From Dudresnaya verticillata (lineage: Eukaryota): DNA of 64,000 nucleotides. Position 1 is the first letter of the stretch; each line of letters starts with the position of its first letter. The stretch lies in the NCBI GenBank assembly GCA_977862235.1, contig OZ374557.1, positions 3,162,001-3,226,000 on the forward strand. The letters run 5' to 3'. Of this stretch, positions 36,950-49,648 are shown in pieces. Made by a program: the position numbers and the translations under genes. The notes beneath the pieces were generated by a model that was not told the DNA's origin, searched no databases, and was given only the letters and a program-made list of their open reading frames with translations.

Positions 36950-39900
36950 TCCTACCCTAAACAGGCTTCGGCGATATTCGGTGGAGGGTCCGTTTGCTTT
37001 TAGCGATGGTACCGCACGATATGCGAACGGGGTAGGTTCGACACTGGTTCCCACGTGTTCGCTGTGGCGGCGTATCCGAACCATTTCACGAAGAAGAGGA
37101 TCGCTCCGTCACCCGCTCCTCATCCGCGTACGCGTGCTTCTCGATCCGGTTGATGACGTATTCTTCTTCGCTACCAGCGACTAGTTCATTATACCTTGCC
37201 TTGGGCGGGCCTACGGGCTGTTTCGATCCTTCTCTATGGGCTTTTCCAGGTGAAGCGTACTCGACGCGAGGATCGCCGTGGGCGAGTAGCGACCCGTATA
37301 GCTGAGCGAACGCTTTCGGCGGGAGACGCGCTTGCTTCTGGCGTTTGTGTCGCCGACACAGTCGGGGTGTGACCTTCGCTCCTTAGCGTAGCTTTGGTTA
37401 CGTCGGGGGCGGTTTTAGTCGGGTCAGCCGGCGGCGTGGCCGGCGTATGTCTGGCTACGTCGAGTCGGATGTGTACGCCTTACGGTTGGTCGTCGTATGA
37501 GACGGAATGTGATGACTCATTACCGGGCCCAGCTGCGAACGGAGCCAACTCGGCCAAGCCGCGAATGGACGCCTGTGGCGAACGATCGCCACGCATCTGT
37601 TGATCGCTCCCATTCGGGGGTGTAGCGGTAGTGACGTACGCTCCGTCGTTGACGACTCCTTGGCTAGGCGGCGCCCCATTGGACGGGTCCGCGGTCGTGG
37701 GGGTGCTGATCGGGACATGACCCAGAGGGGTCGGCACCCAAACCACGCGGTCCCTCGACGAGCTTTCGCGTTCGTCACGTCGTTTCTCGACGGTAATCGT
37801 ACCGTCTTCGACGCTGATCACTCTCTAGGGTCCATCTGCCGCTAGCGCCAACTGGTGCTTGTGCACCGCATGATTCCTCGAGCCGCCCCTGGCGAAGTAC
37901 TCGTTTCGTACAAATACGAAGTTACCAGATAAAATCGTCTCGGCGCACTTCCGCAGTCGAGCGTCGAAGCTCCGCTTATAGCGTGCTTGCGTTTGCAACA
38001 ACGTCGCCGTCGCGGTGCCCATCAATGCGGTCAGCCATGCCCTCCACTTCGTGTAGTATTTACCACCGGTCGGGACACTTTCCAGCGACGGCTCCGCTTG
38101 AAGCGACAACGGGAGTAGTGGGCGGGAGAGTACCATCTCGAACGGCGATAACTGTGTGGACGAGTGGATCTACGTGTTGTAACCGAAAGTCAAAGCATCT
38201 GTGAACATATCCCCGTCACGAGAATAGTCCGCCACGTAGTGACGCAACGATGCTAGTATCGTCGGGTTAAACCGTTTCACCTGTATGTTTCACTGAGGGT
38301 GATACGTCGTGGTGAAGATATTCTCGACACCTAGTAGACTGCAGACGTCCTGCAACAGTTTGGCGACAAATTGTGGCCCATTATCCTACAGTAAGCGCTT
38401 TGACGGACCATACACGAATAAGCAATGTCGAACGAACGGTTTTGCGATTTCCAGAGCCGTAACTGTACGCAAAGGCACTGTCCTGACCAGCTTCGAAAAG
38501 CGGTCGACGATTACAAGGAGGAACTTGTTTCCCCGTTTAGTACGGATGGGTTCTCCAAGTGTGCCGATACAAACGAGCTCGAGCGGCTCGGTCGCGGAAA
38601 CAGCTTCATCTCTTTCACGTTCTTCCGCAACACGACGCGGTTCTTCGCGCAAGTAACGAAGTTACGCACGGTCGCGTAGCAGTCTATTGTCATTGACGGC
38701 CACTAGAATTCGCGTCGGAACGTCTGATACAGCTTCCTCCCTCCGGGGTGTGCCGCGAACTTAGCGTAATTCCTGAGGTGCACGAAGCGTGCGCGTAATG
38801 CGAATGGTACAACAACTTGTGGCCGGGCCTCCACGGTTCGTATGAATCGTGCTTGCTCGTCCATTGCGAACGGTATCGACTCCCCGTCATCGAGACGCTT
38901 CCGAATTCCAGCACAGTACTCGTCGTTGGCTTGAGCATGGATCAGTTCTTCGTGCGTCACTTGACGTAGGAGAAATTCATCCGCTGAAGGCGCGTTTGCG
39001 ACGAGTAGCCGGTCGAACTCTTCGAACTACCTTTCTGAAAAGTTGACTTCGCCTTCGGCGCCAATCGCACCGTCGGTTGACGTCTGATGTCCATCCTCGG
39101 CGTGTTCCCCATAGTAGCACGACACATCGTCGTCGATCGGTTCAACCGTCTCCCCATTCGTCTGCAGCCTAGAAAGGGTATCGGGCTGGGTATTCAAGGA
39201 ACCCTTCTTCAATTGGCACTTGCCAGCATCCACTATTACAGTATAGGGTGGGGAAGACGTGGGCATCCCCTAGACTATCGAGGCATTCGTCAATACGTGG
39301 TAACGAATACGTTTCCCACACGGTTACTATGTTCCGTCGACGATAATCTACGCAAAAGAGAAGATTACCGTCCTTCTTTGGGGCGAAGACGACTGGCGAC
39401 GCCCAAGGCGATTGTGCGGGTTCGATAACCCCTTGACAAAACATGCGATCGACCTCCGCTTGAGCGAACTGCCTTTGTTTCGGGCCAACGCGATACGGCG
39501 GGGAAGAGATCGGGAGAGAGCCGGGGAGTAAGTCGATGTAATGCTCCGTGGTCGCTATCTCTCCTAGTGAACCGTCCCACATCGACCAGTATTGGCGCAG
39601 CATCTCCTTCAACCGGCCTTGATGCTCAGCGGACAGATGAATCAAGTAAAAGTGATCGACTGACGGAGATTTTGCCGACCGTCGCTTCGATAGACTTCGC
39701 GAAAGCATTCGGCTTTGCCGTGACGCCATCATCCGTTTTGAAACGAAAGTCTTGATTGGCTTCCTCATCCTGCGCTTGGTCCTCTGCGATACCCAAGACA
39801 TCGGCCAGACTTATGTGACTGGGGAACACTGCTGTAAGATTCAGTAACGCCGTGGCAACGACTTGCCATTTTGTGAGCGCTTGCACCTGAGGCGAGAAGT

Positions 39901-41780
39901 TGGCGATTAGAATGGGGAACGCTTTGAGAGGCTCCACTTGGGCAATGCCGTTTGTAACGAACATGCGTTGCCGATCGTACATCGTTCCGAACGGCTGGAT
40001 CGTGATAACTCTGGAACGTTCCGTTGTTACCGAGGCTCATTTCTGCGCCTGTGGCGGGATGATTGTACGTTCGGTGGAACGAATCTTGGGTGAAGTCCTC
40101 CCTCTGGCCTGGCCTGAAAAGGAATATGGAGAGGTTGGAGTTGAACAAGATGAGAAATGGAAGTCGCTTGACTTCGTTTACTGCAGTCGACCATCCGACA
40201 ACGCTTATATCAGCTTTTCGGATGAGTCGCTGCGTGAACACAAACAAAACAAATCATTAAAGAAACGCCCAAAATCCCTATCATCAAATGGGCGGGAAAA
40301 AGTAAAGCAATCAAATCTACCAAATCATACTCTCAGCACACTAACATCCGCCACCAAAATGGGCGGGAACTTGCACACCAGTGTTGCTAACTGCTGAAAT
40401 CAGCAATCCCTCTTGCGTCCGCATTTCCTGCCATCCATATGTATTCCAACTTTGGGCGGGAACTCGAAAGTATCGAGTGTCCCCGCATGGCTGCTGTCGG
40501 ACAACACTGCACACCACGTGGCCGCACTTACCGGCTCAAGTCGGTCCATGAATATCCAACTTGGATCATTGACCACGTAATCACCCAGATTTGCCTACGT
40601 GGCAGCTGTAAACCAACGTGTCGGCCGTACGACAGCTACGTGGCAACTGTAAACCAACGTGTCGGCCGCGCGACAGCTACGTGCCAACTGTAAACCAACG
40701 TGTCGGCCGCACGACAACTGCATCTGCTGATATCAAAAGCCAGGCTCCACGTAGCACAAGTCTCTGCAGTACCAACTCGGACGCCATCAGCACATTGCAT
40801 GGCACGTTCATATGTACTTGTGGAGTACAGTGCGCGTCATACCAATACCATTCCATGCCATACCACGTGCATCCATGTGGTCCAATCAGATCGTTCCACT
40901 TGGCCGTTCCTGTTATAACCGCCAATTCCAGCACAACACTTGTAACCCATATAGACCATGGAGGCGGTTTGGAACAACCAATCAGAAGCCCGTTTCACGT
41001 TGCTTTTGCAAAAGGCCTAAATGCGCCGTGATTTTGGAAGCCCGGAAAAAGGGCTGTCGTCTCCGGAAGGTTTGGTGACAGCGTGCCAGGGTGCCATCTG
41101 GGGTCCCTGACCCGTGACGGGAGGCGCCAGCGACCATGTCCTCAACATGGCCGTACTCTTGCTCCGGTGGTAACGGGGGATACGATGGCGGTCGGTGAAG
41201 CGCGCGAGGTGTGATCTGAACTCAGGTCCCATCGTCCAATTTAACCTCGCGACTTCGCGGATATATCGCTTCGACAAAGCGGTCACAAAAGTCGCAACCG
41301 AGTATGACCGGCGCAGCGAGCCGTTCACAAACGATTAATTCCAATTTAACGACCCTTCGTCCGAGACGTACGACCAAGTCGATGGCTCCGCGCTTCTGTA
41401 TTGCCTTGTTGTTGGCATCGGAAATAACGGGCAGACTTTTGGCGACAATGTGCGAACGCGCTTCTAGCAGGATCTCGTTAATACGGATGAAGTTGGGACC
41501 AGCCCCAGTGTCGAGGACAGTACATTTACGGGCCCAGGTGTTGGTTGCGGTGCCCAAGTCTGCGTTCACCTTATAATTTCTCTGAGCCAATACGAACAAC
41601 TGTCCTCGCCCTTTCGGGGGCTCGCACCTACCCCATGGGGGTTTCAATGACGTCTGCGACGGTTCTATTCGCCCTTCGGCGTCTTCCTTAAGTGACTTCG
41701 GGCCCTCCTTCTGTGTCAACACCCGAGGCGGGGGCCTCCCGGTTGGGTGTGACATCTCCGTATCAGGAGTTCGTGTCCGG
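36950..41780 (-). pseudogene. pol: Gypsy-2 pol (PR, partial RT, INT, chromodomain)
   Basis: VLDTGAGPNF, SPWASPVVFAPKKDG, AAHPGG, GNKFLLVIVDRFSK. A ~0.9-kb deletion at ~39208 joins WQVPI to the end of RNase H. Interrupted by a Copia solo LTR. Confidence 0.85.
40115..41147 (-). mobile_element. Copia solo LTR, TSD TGGCC
   Basis: TGGCC at 40110-40114 and 41148-41152. 1033 bp, with three internal 41-bp units. Confidence 0.95.
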
Positions 41781-41781
41781 G

Positions 41782-44330
41782 TTAGTTTATCGCCTCCGGT
41801 AGTAGTTGCGTTACGTAGCGGTTTAGCATCTTCGGATGACGTTTAGCTGCCAGCGGTGCTAGTCCCGCCCTTGCCGATGATGAACGCGTGGCTCGACGAG
41901 CTGCTTCTTGCGTGGCTTCTTCCTTACTACGGTTATACGCATCAGCGGGTACTCCGTTCCTCTCAGTCTCCGTCAGTCTCTCGTAGTTGGCGACAACCTT
42001 CATGAAGTCACTCATTCGTAAGAAGCATTCCGGCGCGATGTGACGTAGCACTGATGGCAAATACGTTGTCGGCGTACGTCTTGACGAGGCGGACCTCGGT
42101 CCTTACATCCGGGACTTGCGCGGTGAGCATGCGGGGCACATTCCGAATATGGTACGTGCGGCGCGGGTACGTTCGAACGCTCAAAGGCGAAAGCGGGGTC
42201 AATTCCCTCTTCGTCTTCGACGTAACTGTCTGTCGGCAATGCCGACGTTGGTATCGAGAGTTGTTCGTCGGTCAGGTACAAGTCCCCATCGACGTGCGTT
42301 TCGACATCATCGTCCCGGTGGGTAATGTCCCAGAATTCGACGGACAACTCCGCCAGCATGGCGCGTGCCGCCGGCTTCGAACGCTTCGTCGGTTGGCGGT
42401 TGATCGCTACAGCTAGTCGTACGTTTCGAACGGATTGTGCCGGCACCAGTATATCCTGTCGACCCGAAGTCTGTCCCGCCCCGCCGTGTCGTGCGCGATG
42501 CGTGTCGCCCTCGTGTTGTGCGAAGTGCACCAATCGTTCGAACGACAGCTCCGCCCTTGGCGTTTCTTCGCAAAAGCGGGCGACGAGCGATCGTATCGTC
42601 GGGTCGAGTCCGTCAATGAATAGGGTCATCTCCTCTCAGTCGGGGTATACGTTCCCGCAATGGATGCCCGCTCCAGCGAGTCGCATGTCGTAGGCACTTT
42701 CGTCTTCGTTCCTCTTCTGCACTATCAAACGCAACGCCAGCACGGCGGATCGAATCGCCGAAGGCGTTGCATACGTACGGAGGAGGTATTTACCGCCTCC
42801 GCGTACGAAGAGACTCCGCCTCGATGTCGTGTTAACATCGACTTGACGGATTGGAACTGTGTTGACGTCGCACCTCGTAAGAAGTACGGCAACGCTATGA
42901 ACGCTTGAGCTTCGCAAATTTTAGCGTATCGGCCTCATCCGCGAAACGCGTAAGGAACTCGAGGATCAAGCCCGGGTCGTCGCCAGTGAAGGCGGCGTCC
43001 TTCGTCGTCGACGCCAGACGTTTTATGTAGTCCTTGACCTTCCCTGTTTCGCGTCAGGAACGTTTTTGCCCGACGTCTGCTAGACGGTAAGTACGATACG
43101 ACAAGAGTTGATCGAAGAGGGGGTTGGAGGGGCGTAGATCCTTCAAGCCCTTGAACCGTTTGCCAGCATGGCCTTACGGCCCCGCCGTGGGTTGGGTACT
43201 CTTCGTCATCCGTTGAAGTACCTGACGATTCTCCGTCACTCGAAGAGTCGGAGGAAGATGAGGAATCCCCGTGGCCTTGTGGACGATTCTTCTTTCGCCC
43301 TTGGAACTTCTTTGGTTGGTCGCGATGCTTGCGGCCTTTACGGCGACGACAATCTTGGTCGGCGCTTTAGTCCTCAGACGATGGTGGTTGTCCTTGACGC
43401 CACTTGAGGGTTTCAAATCGTTCCAAACGAGTCCCGAGCTGATTGAAACGTTCGGGCGAACTCAGATCGGACTGTGAGTTGATCGCTACTGCGGCGAGCT
43501 GCTTGGCGTTGGTACCCGGGTTCGTCATCAGACGGTCGAGGTCAGCTCGCAACCCTTGTACGGCGCCGTCTAGACCCTCCCCCAACGTCTGTAGGCGGCT
43601 GCATGCCCCCTGACACTGTTGTCGAGCATCTCCGCAAATCGCGCTACTAACGCATCGTCTTCGATGTCGCAAACTTATCGGATGCGGTCGCGGGGAATCG
43701 TGAGGTTACCCACGCGAGGGACGCAGGAGACGCCGCGGGCGAAGGGTGCGTTGGGCTTTGCCTCACCGGTGACATCTCGATGTTACCATGTTGACCAGAC
43801 GGCTCTGCCAGAGAACATTCGGCACTGTCGTGAGGTGTGGGACAACAGTCCCTTGCAGGTGGGGAATCGTCGACGACGTCCAAAAGCGCTAAACGGCTGC
43901 CATCCCGCTCGACGTTTTGGGGTGGTGGTTGTTGTTGTGGCTGTAGAGCCGGAGTTGGTTGTTGTGCCTGAGTTGGTTGCTGTTCCTCGACAAGGCCGGC
44001 TTGTGTTCCATCTACGACGCGTCGCTGCTCCGCCTGGACGGTGTCGGCGGAGTCAACGTAAGTGTCGTAGGTAGGGAGGGCGGAGCCTTCCGGGACCGAA
44101 GTACGAACGACGATCGAATTCGGCGGGGGAGCAGGTTGTCCCCTGTTTAGCGAAGCGTGTGACACTTCATGGTCCGGCGGTGCCGTAAATACTGAGGCAA
44201 TATCCGGGCTGACGTGACGACTAGATCGTGTCGTCATGGGTTGGGCCTGTCCCGACGGTGGCATAGTGCCAGGTGTCGAAGACGGGCGTCGGGAGGATCC
44301 ACGCGATAACGGTGGTCGCGGTGGACCCAT
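41782..44330 (-). pseudogene. gag: Gypsy-2 gag, multiple frameshifts
   Basis: ATG at 44330 (MGPPRPP) follows the PBS. LFIDGLDPTIRSLV and an eroded CHQCY...HIAPEC knuckle. Confidence 0.75.
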
Positions 44331-44426
44331 AATGGTATCGAAGAAGTAGGCGAACGTCGTGAACGATGGGCAGAACGTCAGAGTGACGGTTAAGCGAGAC
44401 GTTAAAGTTCGTAGAAACATAGCAGA

Positions 44427-44444
44427 ATCTAGGTCGGGAGACCA
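44427..44444 (-). other. Primer binding site of Gypsy-2 (probably tRNA-Tyr)
   Basis: TGGTCTCCCGACCTAGAT, 2 nt after the LTR end. Implies a tRNA 3' end ...GGGAG-A-CCA (G72, A73), as in eukaryotic tRNA-Tyr. Confidence 0.6.
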
Positions 44445-45411
44445 GTTGTCGTGCAAACGTCGTCTAGAGACGGAAAACATCTCCGGGCCGTTCGGGAGCC
44501 CGGTGGGTAGCCGCTGGTGGCGAACTTGGTAGAGAAGGTTGAACACGCCTAGGGCGTACTGTAAACACCCAAAGCGAGAGAGAAAAGGGGCAAGGAAAAC
44601 CAAAGGAAAACACGTTAGCAACGGTATGGGCGTGAAAGCACGGGTAGGTAGACGCTTGGGCTTCCGGACAGAGGTAGGGTGTGCGCTGTCGCGGGAAGGG
44701 AATTCTAGACCCAAACCGGCTTATCAGGGCTTTACTGCTACGTCCTAGACGAGATACCTAAGCAATGCTATGGGGCCGCGGCGCGGCGGCTGCATGACGT
44801 GGTGCACGGGAACCCGGGAGGATTGTCGGGTGGAGGTGCGTCTGACACGTCCCGGGACAGTGCAGCCGCTGTGCGCCGGCGCAGGCGTCTTACAGAGACG
44901 CGCTTTCGCGGTGCTGTAGGCGATCCGGATTCGGATCGCGACTGGTACCGTATTACAGGCGCGCTTCCATTACAGTGGATCCCGATGTCTGATACGGATG
45001 TCGGATCCGAATTCAATCGGGATCCGGGCCAAACTGACAGTCAACCGGCTTACACGTTCTTGATCCTGATGTATCATCCAGATCCGCTCTACAGCGTTGT
45101 GCTGTACAGTGCATCGGGCGCGCACGGCGCTGATTTGTGGCGCCTGCGCATCCGTAGGCCGATTATCGATGACGTGTTCGCGCCAACGGCGAATCAGCCG
45201 TTTCAGCTGCCGTCCGTCGGTCGACGCGGCCTCGGTGCGCCCATGGCGAGGAAATAAGAGCCCCCGGCCAGTGCGCCACAACCAGTGTCCTTCGGGTTGG
45301 TCGCTCCGCACTACCACGCTACCACCCCTTTTCCTTTCTCCGTTAGACTACGAGGCCACACGTTGGGCTGCGAGGCCATTACTTACAGTGCAAGACTCCC
45401 CCGCGTTGTGG

Positions 45412-46438
45412 TGTAGTGAAAGGCACACCTGTAAGGAGAGCCGATCAGGCAATCCCAATAAGGAGTGATCTCATACGGCACCGGGTGGTAGAGCTTAGTT
45501 CGTCGACCGAAGGGAGTACCTTGAGCGGCAACACCTGTAAGGAGTAAAGGGACGCAACAGACATGGGGACGGTACAGTGCCGGGACCGCTACACCGGGAC
45601 GGAGGTATGAGGAATCCGTGCACGGGGCTGGCGAGGGGAAACCGTGAAGGCGTATGAGGGTAAGGCTTAGGGTAAGTCACTTTGCCCAGGTTTGCGTACC
45701 CGTTCACTGTAGGACTCGTGGTGGGCACCCATTAATACACCCGGAGATACGCCCCGCGGTCCGGTCCATGTGGACCAGACCCCAATGGGTCTGGTCCACC
45801 AGATGTGTCCGACCCTACTGGTCCCGGTCACTGTTGCGGACATGTTCGGCATTCGCATTGGCCGGCTGACACTACGTACTGTACAGCATCATTAGAGTTA
45901 CCTAACTACAGATAAATCAACTACTTGGCTCCTATTGGTGGTGCGCGCAGACTCCAGCAGGGTATACAGTGCTACTGTGTCGCTGCACTCCCGCTTTGGC
46001 TTTTGGCGCCAGCTCACCGGTGCGCCGGTCGCGAGTCGGCTCAACCATCTTCGGCACTCCACAACGGCCGCTTCACCACACGCGCCACCGTGGACTTCTG
46101 TGACACAACAGGTCCAGCCCAGGAAGAGCAAGGAAAGCAAAGGCCACCTGTCCGGAACCGTTGTGCTCATGGGTAGCTCGGGTGTGGTAGAAGCTTGGTA
46201 GAATGGCACTAGGCAAGGAAAAAGGGGAACGGAAAGGGGGGACGCGACCGGGTATTCCGCAGGGAACCTGCCGTACGGTGACGAGCCGGTACCCTAGTAG
46301 AATCATATCGGGGGTTTGACGGGTATCCTACGGGTTAATGGGGGTGGCACGGGCAGGTGACTGGTGTTTGCTGGGCAAATTACACCACGGGCCACAGGCT
46401 ACTGCGCGCACGGGTGCGCCTGACCGGGTGAATTACAG
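45412..46438. mobile_element. Unassigned LTR-like or repeat-derived sequence
   Basis: Starts TGTAGT, with ACTACA at 45905-45910 and another TACA end near 46438. Internal short repeats (acctgtaaggag x2; tgtggaccagaccc...gggtctggtccac hairpin). No TSD found. Confidence 0.35.
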
Positions 46439-47000
46439 GTGTTGCTGCGGCTCTCCGTTTTATTGTGGGTAAACGACGGGGAGATGGAACTGCTGTGCAG
46501 CACCACAATATTTCGGGAACAATTTTCAGTTTCTATTCGATTTTGAAAAGGAATATGGAGAGGTTGAAGTTGAACAAGATGAGAAATGGAAGTCGCTTGA
46601 CTTCGTTTACTGCAGTCGACCATCCGACAAGGCTTATATCAGCTTTTCGGATGAGTTGCTGCGTGAACACAAACAAAACAAATCATTAAAGAAACGCCCA
46701 AAATCCCTATCATCAAATGGGCGGGAAAAGTAAAGCAATTAAATCTACCAAATCATACTCTCAGCACACTCACATCCGCCACCAAAATGGGCGGGAACTT
46801 GCACACCAGTGTTGCTAACTGCTGACATCAGCAATCCATCTTGCGACCGCATTTCCTGCCATCCATATGTACTCCAACTTTGGGCGGGAACTCGAAAGTA
46901 TCGAGTGTCCCCGCATGGCTGCTGTCGGACAACACTGCATACCACGTGGCCGCACTTACGAGCTGAAGTCCGTCCATGAATATCCAACTTGGATCATTGA

Positions 47001-47720
47001 CCACCTTGCCAGAGGCGGGGTCGACAACGTAGTCGCTTTGTCCCATGAACGACACAACGGGGCGCCGGGCAGGTTGGCGGCCATGGCGAGGGTCCAGCGG
47101 GTGCGGACGGTGTTGCCTGGGGCGTCGATTGCGAGCGCTTGCAGGGTGAGGGAGGCGGACGAGAAGACCGGGGACTCGTTCAGAAAGGCGATGTTCGAAG
47201 CGAAGCGAGACACGCGCACGAACGTGTTCAGCGGGTCCTCAAAGGTGACCGAGGGAGCATAGAGCGAATAGTCCTTCTCGCCCGGCGCGAACAGCGTCGG
47301 AAGCTCATGACGCAGCCGGTTCGCGACGACCTGCAACGCACGCGGCGCGGACGATTTCGGCGGCGAGCGAGTGGCGAACGGGCATATCGGGGCTTGCGGG
47401 CGCGGGCGTACGCGGTGTGGGAGTGGTGCTGGCTGCGGGAGGAAGGCTGGCATCGCGGGAGCGACAAAGGGCATGGAGGGTGGGAGCTTGACATCCCGGG
47501 ACGGGGCCAGCGGGTGAGTGCAAAGAAAAGACTGTAAAAGATCAATACGCAGTCCACGCGCCGTGATTTCAGTCAAGAGAGGCGTTTCGGCGCGCCACGA
47601 GGGGCCACGCCGGCCATACAGCGCGCCAGGAGAACGAGTTAGGACACCCGGACAGTTTGCGTGGGGCGTGACGCGGTACAACGAAGAGCACGAGATCTGG
47701 GTGCCATCGATTAGAAAATC
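47001..47720 (-). repeat. Inverted duplicate of host sequence 61460-62179
   Basis: 720-bp reverse complement; two substitutions noticed (NTFVRV vs NKFVGV). Joined to the LTR by CCAC microhomology at 47001-47004. Confidence 0.95.
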
Positions 47721-48712
47721 TGTTGAGGACATGGTCGCTGGCGCCTCACGTCACGGGTCAGGTACCCCAGATGGTACCCTGGCACGCTTTCACCAAACCT
47801 TCCGGAGACGACAGCCCTTTTTCCGGGCTTCCAAAATCACGGCGCATTTAGGCCTTTTGCAAAAGCAACGTGAAACGGGCTTCTGATTGGTTGTTACAAA
47901 CCGCCTCCATGGTCTATATGGCTTACCAGTGTTGTGCTGGAATTGGCGGTTATAACAGGAACGGCCAAGTGGAACGATCTGATTGGACCACATGGATGCA
48001 CGTGGTATGGCATGGAATGGTACTGGTATGACTCGCAGTGTACTCCACAAGTACACATGAACGTGCCATGCAATGTGCTGATGGCGTCTGAGTTGGTACT
48101 GCAGGGACTTGCGCTACGTGGAGCCTGGCTTGTGATATCAGCAGATGCAGTTGTCGTGCGGCCGACACGTTGGTTTACAGTTGCCACGTAGGTGTCGTGC
48201 GGCCGACACGTTGGTTTACAGCTGCCACGTAGGCAAATCTGGGTGATTACGTGGTCAATGATCCAAGTTGGATATTCATGGACGGACTTCAGCTCGTAAG
48301 TGCGGCCACGTGGTATGCAGTGTTGTCCGACAGCAGCCATGCGGGGACACTCGATACTTTCGAGTTCCCGCCCAAAGTTGGAGTACATATGGATGGCAGG
48401 AAATGCGGTCGCAAGAGGGATTGCTGATGTCAGCAGTTAGCAACACTGGTGTGCAAGTTCCCGCCCATTTTGGTGGCGGATGTGAGTGTGCTGAGAGTAT
48501 GATTTGGTAGATTCAATTGCTTTACTTTTTCCCGCCCATTTGATGATAGGGATTTTGGGCGTTTCTTTAATGATTTGTTTTGTTTGTGTTCACGCAGCAA
48601 CTCATCCGAAAAGCTGATATAAGCCATGTCGGATGGTCGACTGCAGTAAACGAAGTCAAGCGACTTCCATTTCTCATCTTGTTCAACTCCAACCTCTCCA
48701 TATTCCTTTTCA

Positions 48713-48726
48713 GGTTATGGGCCCAG
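48713..48726 (+). other. Copia PBS GGTTATGGGCCCAG (internal tRNA-iMet type)
   Basis: Abuts the LTR CA directly and does not start with TGG. Identical in copies A and B. Confidence 0.85.
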
Positions 48727-49648
48727 AAGGTCGACCTACGCAGACTTCATCGCTTCGCTGCAACCTTCTTCCTTTTTCTTTTCATTCTTGATACTGTCCG
48801 GTCCCGTCCTGGCCTGTCCTGTCTGCTTGTGTCCTGTCCTGTCGGCTTGTGTCCTGTCCTGTCTGCTTGTTGTCTGTTGAAAGTGGTCCCTATCCCACTG
48901 TGTCGGCTTGTGTCTCTGATTTTGTGAGAGAGTTCTCGAGGCTCTCGTCCGCTGTTGTCTTGGTCCGTGAGCTTGCTGAGAGGTTGAGTGTTGTGCGTGG
49001 TGACTCTCGTTAAGTCAGGACCTCGTTGGCCTAGGGGAGCAGCCTCCAGTAAGATCCAGAACCTTGACACGGTTGGGCCTAGTTCCATTCCTGCAAGAGA
49101 CTGGACCTGTTCGTGTGGTGAACACTCGTTTTGAGTTAGTACCCATAAGGTGGACGTCTCGTAAGGATTGCATACTTCGTGTCTGTGTGCGCACGACACG
49201 AAAGGGCTGCTGAAAGACGCATTTCACCCGGAGAATCATATCCGGGGGCCAGGAGTCCGACTCCTAGGGGTGACTAGGTAGAACCTGGTGCCAGAACATC
49301 CCGCGTCAAAAAGACGTTCAACTATCAAGAATCAACTTTTCAACTTCAAGTTTCAACTTTTCTTCTTCAGTCCAGGTGATCCCATCATCACCTGAGAGTT
49401 TCATTACTCCAAGCGTGGGAGCTACTTGGCAAAGTGTGCTCCGCTTGTGACTGTATTATATTACCGACGTGTTCGACACATTTCTCAGTTTCGTCGTCAC
49501 GTCTTCGTTGTGTGAGCTGCACTGCTCTGCTTAACACGACTATTACCCTCTGGGCATCGGCACTGTAGCACTAACAGCACTGCCCCAAGTTCACCAAGTT
49601 TTCTAAAACTATTCAAGTTATCTCTTCTCACCATCAGTCCCAACAGCT

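Larger units (their letters stand above)
36521..45280 (-). mobile_element. Decayed chromodomain Gypsy element (Gypsy-2), 3' LTR missing
   Basis: 5' LTR ~44447-45280, PBS 44427-44444, gag ~44330-41782, pol 41780-~36950 with a degenerate chromodomain at ~37020-37165. Homologous to Gypsy-1. Confidence 0.85.

Noticed and set aside
44331..44714. N-terminal extension of ORF 43647-44714
   Set aside because: It runs through the LTR and PBS from a non-ATG start. Gag more plausibly starts at 44330.
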